A stretch of 64,000 nucleotides of DNA from an uncultured Verrucomicrobiota bacterium (GTDB lineage Bacteria; Verrucomicrobiota; Kiritimatiellia; RZYC01; CAZAYP01), in the NCBI GenBank assembly GCA_964489425.1, contig CAZAYP010000006.1, positions 47,802-111,801 on the forward strand, written 5' to 3'. The first letter of the stretch is position 1. Each line of letters begins with the position of its first letter. Of the stretch, positions 1 to 8,700 are shown piece after piece. Below the pieces are notes generated by a model. It was not told the DNA's origin. It saw only the letters and a program-made list of their open reading frames with translations, and ran no database searches. A program made the translations under genes and the position numbers.

Positions 1-3000
1 GCCGATTCGGCGTTCTCGACGAACTCGAACGCGCCCATGTCCGCGTACGCGCCATTGGTGGCGGGCACGCCGGGGTGCGGCGAGCGCGGGTCGGTGTAGC
101 GGCTGGCGCCCATGTAGTCGATCGCGGGCGCGCGCAGGCCGTCGGCGGCGTCGATGCAGGGGCTGCCGAACTGGAGCTGGAACACGGCCGCGCCTGGATT
201 CTTGAACAGAGGATCCTTCGAGATATTGCCGTTCTGGCCGGTGTAATCGCCGGACCCGTAGTTGCGCACGCCGGACCCCCAGACGTTGTTGTACTGGATG
301 TCCCAGCTGCCGCCGCAGCAGTTGAAGATGCCGTACTCAAGGCTCTTGCTCACGATGCAGTTGTAGATGCGCGAGATGCCGCCGTGCGGGCACATGCCCC
401 AGCGGTTGTCATAAAACGCGCAGTTCAGCACCGTGGCCGCGCTGGTTTCACGGATCAGGATACCGCGGTCGTTCCAGAACACCGCGCAGTTGGCCACCAG
501 GGCGGTGCTGTTGTTCCAGGTGGAGATGGCGTCATAGAGCGCATAGCTCAGGCGGCAGGCCTGGGCGTCGAGGACCGCGCCCACGCCATCCACCTTGACC
601 ATGGCGGTGTTGTTCCAGGACCCGCTGTTGTTGCCGCTGCCGTAACGCAGGTCCACGTAGCGCAGGCGGGCGGTCCCTTGCACCAGGAGCATGCCCCAGT
701 CGCCCGCGCCGGGCACGGTGTTGTTGCCGTCCTGGTTGGCGTCGCCGCCCGCGGTGTCGTCCTTGATCGACGTGAACGTGATCGGTTCGGCCAGCGTGCC
801 CTCGGCCACGAGCAGGCCGCCGGCTTCCACGGTCATGCCTTTGAGCGCCGCAAACTTGACCACCGTGCCGGGCTGGATGGTCAGCACGCGGCCGGCGGGG
901 ATGGTGAAATCGTTGGTGACCAGGTAGAGGTACGAGCCGCGCCAGGTGGCGTCCGAGAGCAGGCTGCCGCTCACCAGCACCAGCACGTAGCGGATGTCCG
1001 CGCCGTCGTCGGCCACCTGGCCGCCGGCGTGCACCGTGAAGCCGCGCCAGTCGCCGGGCTGGGGTCGGGTGAGGTCGGCGTCGTGGTTGTCGTCGCCGCT
1101 GACCGCGTCGTCGTAGATGGAGGTCAGCACCGCGGGCGGGCCGGCCTGCAGGTGCAGTTGGCCGCCACCCTCCACCACGAAGCCGCCCTGCGGCAGCACC
1201 TTGACGATCGCGCCGCCCGGCACGCTGACCGTGGCGTTGGTGGCGATGGTCAGCACGCCGTCCACAATGTGGACCCGGCCGGTGACCCAGGTCTCATTAT
1301 TGGTGACCGTGCCGGAATGCCAGACGGCGCCGTTGTTGACCACCACCCAGCGCGCGTCCGTGGCCAGGATCGCACCGCCGGCATCGCGCAAGGTGAACGT
1401 CATCTCGTACCGGTCGTCGGCCGCCGTGGTGGTGTCCCAATCGAACGTCGTGGCGCGGGTGACGCCCGTGGCAATCATCGTGGCCAGGCCGTGGGACGCG
1501 ATGGTGATGTCCACGCGCACCGCGTTGGTGTCCACGCCGGACAGGAACCATTCCAGCCGCCGGGTGTCGTGGACGAACAGGTCGCGGTACGGGTACGCCA
1601 GCATGAGCGCCTGGCTCTCAAACTCGTACGCGCCGATGTCCACCCGGCCATTGATGATGCGGGTCCGGCCCTGCAAATCCACGGCGCCGGCCATCCAGTC
1701 CTGGTTGGTGCCGGCATCGATGGTGGCCGAGCCCCAGAGCGTGCGGTAATCGCCGCGCGCGTCGTCCGCGAACAGGGGCGGGTTGGTCACGTTGCCCGCG
1801 CCGTTGGGCAGGGGCGTGGAGCAGCAAAAGGCGAACGTGGCATCCACGCCGTCGCGCACGGCATAGTTGGGGCCGCTCGGCGCGGCGTTATTCCAGATCG
1901 CGCAGTTTTCAATGGACTTGGCCGTGGCGTTGCCCACGCCCAGCCCGCCGCCGCTGGTGCCGGCGCTGTTGCGGCTGATGGTGCAGCCCTGGAGGCGGCC
2001 CTCGTCGATGAACACGCCGCCGCCGTAGAGGTTGATGGTGTTGTCGGCAATCACGCAGTTGCGCGCCAGGCCGTTGGCCACCAGGCCGCCGCCCTGGTCG
2101 CGGGCGGCGTTGTTGCGGATGACGCAGTTCTCCACCACGGAGTCGTTGTAACAGACCACGCCGCCGCCGTTGGCTGCCAGGGTGTTGTTGCTGACCAGGC
2201 AGCGCGACAGCAGGCCGTGCAGCAGGTACACCCCGGCGCCGAAATGGTTGGCGCGGTTGCCGCTGACCAGGCAGTTGGTGACCGTGCCGTTGTCCATGTA
2301 GATGCCGCCGCCGCGGTAGGCGCCCAGCTCGTAGTTGCTGTTGCCGATGATCCGGCAGTTCTGCACGCGGCCGCCGGTCATGTAGATGCCTGCGCCGTGC
2401 GCGGCCACGTAGCCGTTGCTGAGGGTGAACCCGTCCACCACGGCGTTGCTGTGGGTGATGTACAGCACCCGATGATTGCTGCCCCCCGCGCGCCGGATGA
2501 CCGTCTGCGCCGCGCCCTGCAAGCTGCGCAGTTGCAGGCCGCTGTCGAGCGCCAGCTGGGCGGTGATGGCGTAGTCGCCGTTGGTGACCCACACCGCACC
2601 GTGGGGCGCCACCATGCTGACCGCATGCGCCAGGTTGGTGGCGGCGAGCGCCCAGTTGGTGTAGGGGTACACGTGGCCGCCGTTGGGCGACACGTTGACC
2701 CATGCCGGCGCCACCCGCACGTAATTGGTGCGCACCTTGGTGAACGCCTCGCCCACCTCGTTGCTGACCGTCAACGCCACGCTGTAATACCGGGGCTCCA
2801 CGTACCCGCCGCTGTTGGTGACCGTCGCCAAGTCATACCCCTCGGCATCGATCACGCCGTCGTTCTCGTAATCCCACTGGTAATAGAGCTGGTTCAGGTT
2901 CGTGCCGAACACCTGGGCCGCGAACACGGTAAAAAGTGGCGCCGGGCCGGCCAGCGGCGCGCCGGTAAACGTGCCGTTGAGGTGCGGATTGAAATATTCA

Positions 3001-4121
3001 TAGGCGCCGATGTCCACGATGTAGTTCACGATGCGCGGATGGCCATCCAAGTCCAAAACATCGACCATCCATGCCTGGTTGGTGCCGCGGTCGATGCAGG
3101 GCGCCCCGAACGCCAGCCGATAGTTCTCGCCGCCCAGGTCCATGAACCCCGGCTCGTTGGTGAAGTTGCCCGTGCCGCCCTGCAGCGGCGTGGCGCAGCA
3201 GAACGTGCAGGAGCCGCCGAAATAGTTCCAGACATTGTCGCGGCTGACCGTGCCTTGGCGGGCAATATTATTATAGAAAATGGAGTTGTACGCCGTGCTG
3301 TCGCGGATGCCGCCCGCGTACCAGCCGGAGTTGGACACGAACGTGCAATTGTAGACCGTGGCGCCGTAAGCGCCGCCGCCGTCGTAGGCGCAGTAGTTGT
3401 TGTCCACCAGGCAACTGTAGAGCGCGCTGCCTTTCACGCCGCCAGCCCAGTAGGCCGACGTGTTGCGGCTGATCCGGCTGCGATACACCGTCCCGCCCCA
3501 CACCCCGCCGCCGCCGTTGAACGACGTCAGGCCGGCCGCGTGATTGCCAACGATCAAACTGTCGTAGACACCGCCCATGTAGACGCCACCGCCAAACTGG
3601 TTGGCGGAGCAGCCCGCGACTACGCAGTTGGAGAGGAGGTTGAGATCGCCATGGAAGCACCAGGCGCCGCCGCCGCATTGCTCGTAGTTGACATCGCCCG
3701 CGGCCAGCGTATGGCCATTGGTCAGGGTGAAGCCGGACAGGACCGCCGCACCTTGTTGACAATCAAGCATGGCGCAGCGCACCGCGGCCGGGCCGCGCGG
3801 CCCGCCACCCTCGATGACGGTGGCTGCGGGGCCGTTCACGCTGATCACCGTGATAGCGTTGGTGATGGCCACGCGGTTGGTCAGGCTGCCATATACCACC
3901 CGCCCGCCCGTGTTATACAACCCGTTGGTTACCACCACCACGTCGCCCGCGGCGCTTACGCCGACAACGGTCTGGATCTCGTGGCCGGCCGTGGCCCAGG
4001 TGTCGTAAGGTGCGCCCGGCGCCGGGCTGGCAGGATTCACGTAGCGGGTGGCGGCCGACGCGGTGCCAACGGAAAGCATTAGCCCGAGGATAGAAATCGA
4101 TCCGAACTTGATCCGGTTCAT
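1..4121 (-). CDS. Giant secreted beta-helix surface protein, N-terminal part only (the ORF runs off the left edge). It has a signal peptide and two choice-of-anchor-Q/PbH1-like right-handed beta-helix modules separated by a PKD-like domain.
   Basis: The ORF is absent from the track because it has no stop inside the window, so I read it by hand. The ATG is the complement of cat at 4119-4121, with AGGGAGG about 8 nt upstream. The translation starts MNRIKFGSISILGLMLSVGTASAATRYVNP (signal-peptide-like). Gly/Asn-rich beta-helix rungs follow, with two module caps of the form CC(A/S)TPL..G.GN.TN.P.F...G.PCID.G...DL.G..RI...VDIGAYE. A PKD-like segment (APLFTVFAAQVFG...YYSVALTVSNEVGE) lies between them. 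The track lists no minus-strand ORF pieces in this frame between 1 and 4121, which fits one continuous open frame. The last residues in the window (FGSPCIDAADGL...RYTDPRSPH...GAFEFVENAES) align to nt ~34990-35160 of the 3750-aa gene. Confidence 0.85.
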   Translation of the reverse strand, partial: MNRIKFGSISILGLMLSVGTASAATRYVNPASPAPGAPYDTWATAGHEIQTVVGVSAAGDVVVVTNGLYNTGGRVVYGSLTNRVAITNAITVISVNGPAATVIEGGGPRGPAAVRCAMLDCQQGAAVLSGFTLTNGHTLAAGDVNYEQCGGGAWCFHGDLNLLSNCVVAGCSANQFGGGVYMGGVYDSLIVGNHAAGLTSFNGGGGVWGGTVYRSRISRNTSAYWAGGVKGSALYSCLVDNNYCAYDGGGAYGATVYNCTFVSNSGWYAGGIRDSTAYNSIFYNNIARQGTVSRDNVWNYFGGSCTFCCATPLQGGTGNFTNEPGFMDLGGENYRLAFGAPCIDRGTNQAWMVDVLDLDGHPRIVNYIVDIGAYEYFNPHLNGTFTGAPLAGPAPLFTVFAAQVFGTNLNQLYYQWDYENDGVIDAEGYDLATVTNSGGYVEPRYYSVALTVSNEVGEAFTKVRTNYVRVAPAWVNVSPNGGHVYPYTNWALAATNLAHAVSMVAPHGAVWVTNGDYAITAQLALDSGLQLRSLQGAAQTVIRRAGGSNHRVLYITHSNAVVDGFTLSNGYVAAHGAGIYMTGGRVQNCRIIGNSNYELGAYRGGGIYMDNGTVTNCLVSGNRANHFGAGVYLLHGLLSRCLVSNNTLAANGGGVVCYNDSVVENCVIRNNAARDQGGGLVANGLARNCVIADNTINLYGGGVFIDEGRLQGCTISRNSAGTSGGGLGVGNATAKSIENCAIWNNAAPSGPNYAVRDGVDATFAFCCSTPLPNGAGNVTNPPLFADDARGDYRTLWGSATIDAGTNQDWMAGAVDLQGRTRIINGRVDIGAYEFESQALMLAYPYRDLFVHDTRRLEWFLSGVDTNAVRVDITIASHGLATMIATGVTRATTFDWDTTTAADDRYEMTFTLRDAGGAILATDARWVVVNNGAVWHSGTVTNNETWVTGRVHIVDGVLTIATNATVSVPGGAIVKVLPQGGFVVEGGGQLHLQAGPPAVLTSIYDDAVSGDDNHDADLTRPQPGDWRGFTVHAGGQVADDGADIRYVLVLVSGSLLSDATWRGSYLYLVTNDFTIPAGRVLTIQPGTVVKFAALKGMTVEAGGLLVAEGTLAEPITFTSIKDDTAGGDANQDGNNTVPGAGDWGMLLVQGTARLRYVDLRYGSGNNSGSWNNTAMVKVDGVGAVLDAQACRLSYALYDAISTWNNSTALVANCAVFWNDRGILIRETSAATVLNCAFYDNRWGMCPHGGISRIYNCIVSKSLEYGIFNCCGGSWDIQYNNVWGSGVRNYGSGDYTGQNGNISKDPLFKNPGAAVFQLQFGSPCIDAADGLRAPAIDYMGASRYTDPRSPHPGVPATNGAYADMGAFEFVENAES

Positions 4122-4399
4122 ATAGAGACCTCCCTCTTGCCACGACTGGAACTGCCGCAATGTAACCCCGTGGGCATGCGGCGTAAAGCTGGTTTTCTCC
4201 ACCATCGCAGCCACCGGTGGACACGACTCCGGCAACCTGTCGAACCCCAATAAATGTAGGAACGGACGCACCGTCGTGTTCTGTCTGGAAGACGGCCCGA
4301 CAGGCCCGCGCCACCAGAGGAGGAGGCACACACAAGCAGAAGCCGGCCACTGACACTTGGGCTCCACTTAACCGGCGGCATGCCGGCCGCGCCGCGCTG

Positions 4400-4849
4400 T
4401 TAAAGGGTCCCCAGCCACGTAGTCCAGACCCGCGCCAAGTGCGTCACTGTATCCGGGATTCCACGAAGCGGTTCCTCGACCATGCCCCAGACGATTTCCT
4501 GTCCATAACCGTGGATGAAGCGATGACGAAACGCCAGATACTTCTTCAGGCGCAGGGCAAGGGCCGCGCTCACCCCCCCTCCCAGACACGGTTCGGCAAG
4601 GAAGTCTGCCAGTATACGCGCGTGATAGTCCGGGCCTTGTGGCGGGGGCAATCCCAACGCAGCATACCGTCGCTTGCAAAGGTTTTCAACGGCAAGCCAT
4701 ACGTCGGCCACGTATTTTGCCGCAGCAACGGCCTCCCATTCCCGGAGCCCTTCCTCCGACATGTTGGAAAGTCGATGCGCCTGCTCCGCTATCGCGCGAA
4801 GGTGTTCAAGCTCGCACTGCACCTCCAACGCGACTTTGGCCTTATCCAT
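4400..4849 (-). CDS. HEPN-domain (HepT/DUF86-like) toxin of an MNT-HEPN toxin-antitoxin pair
   Basis: 149-aa track ORF. The HEPN signature R-x4-H-x-Y is present in LAFRHRFIHGYG. Its ATG (4847-4849) overlaps the stop of the upstream nucleotidyltransferase ORF by 8 nt. It lies in a lower-GC patch. Confidence 0.7.
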   Translation of the reverse strand: MDKAKVALEVQCELEHLRAIAEQAHRLSNMSEEGLREWEAVAAAKYVADVWLAVENLCKRRYAALGLPPPQGPDYHARILADFLAEPCLGGGVSAALALRLKKYLAFRHRFIHGYGQEIVWGMVEEPLRGIPDTVTHLARVWTTWLGTL

Positions 4850-5114
4850 AAAGGACTTTCCCGTAGCGTTCGACCACGGAATAAAAAGTCGGATTAAGCT
4901 CGCGAGCCACCAAATCGAATGGCTGGCGCAGAATGTCCATCAGTGCCACGTCGGCATCCAGGATGCGCTCCGGAGGAATGCCCTCAACTGCAAGGTCAAC
5001 ATCGCTTGCACGCCGGGGATCGGTCGTGGCGCTGCCGAACAGAATCACCCGCTTGGCGCCCAAGCGCACCAGTTCGCCAACCGCCTGCGGCAGGCTATCA
5101 AGATTCACAGCCAT
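4842..5114 (-). CDS. Minimal nucleotidyltransferase (MNT/MntA-like) antitoxin
   Basis: The minimal nucleotidyltransferase motif G-S-x(n)-D-x-D is present in VILFGSATTDPRRASDVDLAV. The track start at 5123 is a GTG only 3 nt from a GGAG. The ATG at 5112-5114 (MAVNLDSLPQ...) has better spacing, so it is used here. The gene is translationally coupled to the HEPN ORF downstream. Confidence 0.75.
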   Translation of the reverse strand: MAVNLDSLPQAVGELVRLGAKRVILFGSATTDPRRASDVDLAVEGIPPERILDADVALMDILRQPFDLVARELNPTFYSVVERYGKVLYG

Positions 5115-5479
5115 ATCAAACACACACTCCAGTCGTTGCGAGATCGGTGGCCGATCCGCCTTTGGGACAATGACTGTCGCACAAAAAGCTGCTCCATGAA
5201 ACGAGAAACTTCAGTCAGCTTGGCGTCCGCCCTCCGAAGCTGGACATTATTCGCCGTTCAGTCCGTGCTGCGAGTGGTTAAAAAACACACAAGTGGCATT
5301 GCTGTAGCGCCAATCCCTTTGTAATCAATGTGTTTTGCTGTTTATTTAAAAGTTGGCGCGGTAGTTGCTTAGTCCAGTTCCAAAACCAAGGTCAACAATA
5401 AATAAACAGTGGTCGCATAAAGGTTGAAGACGGCTGGGTTCGGTTTAGGCCGGTCTCAGAGCCGTAGTTGAGGGGGGAG

Positions 5480-5515
5480 CCGCAGCGCCAAGGCAACTTG
5501 GCGCTGCGGTCTTTT
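5480..5515 (+). terminator. Rho-independent-type terminator hairpin on the plus strand, with no annotated gene upstream
   Basis: Perfect 13-bp stem ccgcagcgccaag / cttggcgctgcgg (5480-5492 and 5497-5509) with loop gcaa, followed by tcttttg. On the minus strand the stem is followed by ctcccccc, so it looks plus-strand specific. Confidence 0.5.
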
Positions 5516-5534
5516 GTCCAGGAAAGAGCAGTTG

Positions 5535-5706
5535 AACTACGAATCACGCGAATCACGCGAATGCATCCCTTTGACTCTGCTAAATATGTACGGGCATGGA
5601 TCGAATTCTTCCGTCATCTAACAGGTGAACGATGTTATTCTCAACTTGTTCGCCCGCTCCTCTTTCTGCAGCAATGAGTTTCGCGTGATTCGCGTGATTC
5701 GTAGTT
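5535..5706. repeat. 172-bp element bounded by perfect 26-bp inverted repeats, each arm containing a tandem 9-mer (gaatcacgc x2)
   Basis: aactacgaatcacgcgaatcacgcga (5535-5560) is the exact reverse complement of tcgcgtgattcgcgtgattcgtagtt (5681-5706). The 120-bp AT-richer core has no convincing ORF. The element sits about 90 bp upstream of the CotH operon start. Confidence 0.8.
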
Positions 5707-5796
5707 AATTCAAATGCTGAATTCAGGTTTATAGATCCCGGGCCGAATTTGTCGAAACGGTTTACTTTGTCGGGTGCCAGGTGTAATTTTGATCTT

Positions 5797-8700
5797 ATGT
5801 TTCCTGCGTGGCGCATGTTCGTGTTCGGAGCTGGTGTAACGGCCGTGGCCGGGTGGGTCGCGGCTGCGGAAATTCACCCGGGACCCGCATCCCGATCCAC
5901 GCCGCTGACCATTTCGGAAATCATGTACCATCCCACCGCGCGCGCGGATGGGCGAGATCTGGAGTTCGTCGAGATCTTCAACACCGAGCCGTTCCCGCGG
6001 TCCCTGGCCGGATATAAGCTGGCCGGGGATGTCAGCTTCGACTTTCCCACCAACGCCATCCTGGGGGCGCGGGCGTACCTGGTTCTGGCCGCGGTGCCGG
6101 ACGATGTGCGGGCGGTGTACGGCGCCACCAATGTGCTCGGCGCCTACACGGGCCGACTGTCGAACAGTTCCGGCGCGCTGCGGCTGGAAACCCAGGCCGG
6201 CGCGTGCTTGCTGGAAGCTGAGTTTGACTCGGAGGATCCCTGGCCGGCGGCCGCGGACGGGGGCGGGTGCTCGCTCGTGCTGGCCGAGGGGTCCTACGGC
6301 GCCGCTGACTGCCGCGCGTACGCGCCATCGTACCAGCGCGGCGGGTCGCCCGGCCGTGGCGAGCCGGCGGCGGTCGGCGCGGCGAGCGTGGTCATCAACG
6401 AGCTCCTGACCCACACGGACCTGCCGCTGGTGGATTACGCGGAGCTCTACAACGCGGCCACCACGAGCGTGGACTGCTCCGGCATGGTGTTGACCGATGA
6501 CCCGGCAACCAACAAGTACCGGATCCCTGCCGCCACGGTGCTGGCGCCGGGCGGGTTCCTGGTGCTGGAGGAGGCCACGCTGGGATTCGGCTTGAGTGCC
6601 AACGGCGAAAGCCTGTTCCTGTTTTCGGCCAACACCAGCAACGTGCTGGACGCCGTCAAGTACGGCGGCCAGCAGAACGGCACGGCCTGTGGCCGGTACC
6701 CGGACGGCGCGGAGCGGCTGCGCCCCCTGGCCGCGCGCACGCCCGGCACGACCAACGCGGCGTTCCGGCAGGAGTCGGTCGTGATCAACGAGATCATGTT
6801 CAACCCGCCGGACGGCGACGCGGATGGCGAGTACATCGAGCTGCACAACCAGGGCGTGGCGGACGTGGGCCTGGGCGGCTGGCGCCTGGCCGGCGGCGTG
6901 GAGCTGGTCATCCCCACCGGCACGGTCCTGGCCGCGGGCGGGTACCTGGTGCTGGCCAACAAGGCCGCGCACCTGATCGGCCACTACGCGCACCTGAACG
7001 CGGGCAACTGCATCGGCGACTACTCCGGCACGCTGTCCGACCGCGGCGAGGTCGTCCGCCTGCTGGCGCCCGACGACCCCAACCTGCCCGACGACCTCTG
7101 CCAGTACGAGGTGGACCGCGTGGTGTACTTCGACGGCGGTTCCGGGCGCGAGTACGCGGACGGCGGGGGCAGCAGCCTGGAGCTTACCGACCCGCGCGCG
7201 GACAACGAGATCCCAATCAACTGGGCCGCCAGCGACGAATCGGCCAAGGGCCGGTGGATCACCAACGACATCACCGGCGTGCTGGACAACGGCATGCTGC
7301 CGCCGTCCACGAGCATCAACAACGTCAGCCTGATCCTGCCGCACGGCGGCGAGTGCCAGGTGGACGACGTGGCGGTGTATTACCAGTACGTCAACCGGGT
7401 GCGCAACCCGGACTTCGGCACCGGGACCAACTACTGGCAGCTGCTGGGCAACCACGAGCGCACCCGGCGCGAAGCCGACAGCCAGGGCAGCGGCTACGGG
7501 CTGCACCTGCGCGCGTCCGGTCCGGGCGACACGCGGGTGAACCGCTGCATTGGCGCGCTCTCGGTCTCGCTGCCGGCGGGCGGCACGGTGCGGCTGCGCT
7601 GCCGGGCGCGGTGGCTGGCCGGCAGCCCGGAGCTGGTCATGTGGCTGCGCGGCGGTTACCTCGACGCCCACGTCACGCTGCCCGTGCCCGACAACCTGGG
7701 CACCCCCGGGCAGGCCAACAGCCGGCGCGTGGTCAACCCCGGGCCCGCCATCTACGATGTCCGCCACACGCCCGGCCTGCCCGCGGCCGGCGCGCCGGTC
7801 GTGGTGCTGGCGCGCGCCAGTGACCCGGACGGCGTCGCCGCGGTCGACCTGCGCTACCGCATCGATCCCGCCGCCGGGTACACGACCGTGGCCATGGCCC
7901 GCGATGGGCAGGGCCGCTACGTGGCGCAGCTGCCCGGCCAGGCCCAGGGCGCCCGGGCGGCGTTTTACATCCTGGCGCGGGACGCCGCGGCGGCCTGCGC
8001 CACGAACACGTTCCCGGCCGCTGCCCCGACCAACGAGGCCGTGGTCGGGTTCGGCCTGGCCCGGACCGGCACGGACATCGACCAGGTCGCCGCCTGGATG
8101 ACCACGGCCCGCATGGCCGCGTGGCAGGGCCGTAGTTCCCTCAGCGACGAGCCGCTGCCCTGCACCCTGGTCTGCGGCGAGCGCATCGTATACGACGCCG
8201 CCATCCGGTTCCGCGGCAGCGTGTTCGTGCGCGGCGCCTACGGCGACCCGGCCACCAACGCCGCCTCCTACTGCGTGGACCTGCCGCACGACAACCGCAT
8301 GCTGGACAGCGATGAGCTCACCCTCGACTGGCAGGAGCCCAGCCGCGACAACACGTTCCAGCGCGAGCGCGCCGCCTTGTGGGTTGCGGAGCGCCTCGGC
8401 CTGCCCGCGTTCCACAAGCGCTACGTCACCGTGGACCTCAACGGAATCCGCCGCGCCACCGTGTACAGCGACTCCCAGGAGATCAGCGCCGACTACATCC
8501 GCAGCCGTTACCCCGACGCGGACGCCGGCCACCTCCACAAGATCAACGACTGGTTCGAGCTCAACGACGCGTTCAGCCCCATCGAGGGCGACTTCGTCAA
8601 CCGCGACGGCAGCCTGATCGACTACACCAGCAGCGGCGCCAAGAAAGACGCCGCCTACCGCTGGCGCTGGGAAAAACGGACCACCACCGGATACCAGGCG

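Noticed and set aside
75-4082. 1335-aa plus-strand ORF covering the left 4 kb
   Set aside because: It is the antisense frame of the beta-helix gene. The composition is Ala/Arg/Gly/Val/His-rich and low-complexity (..GRAQAVGGVDAGAAELELEHGRA..) with no recognisable domain. The minus strand gives a clean signal peptide plus PbH1/PKD protein with an RBS. Long open antisense frames are expected at this GC content.
4674-5324. 216-aa plus-strand ORF overlapping the MNT-HEPN genes
   Set aside because: It is antisense to two ORFs with clear catalytic motifs and translational coupling. It is Ser/Cys/His-rich with no homology signal. I kept only the downstream terminator as an open question.
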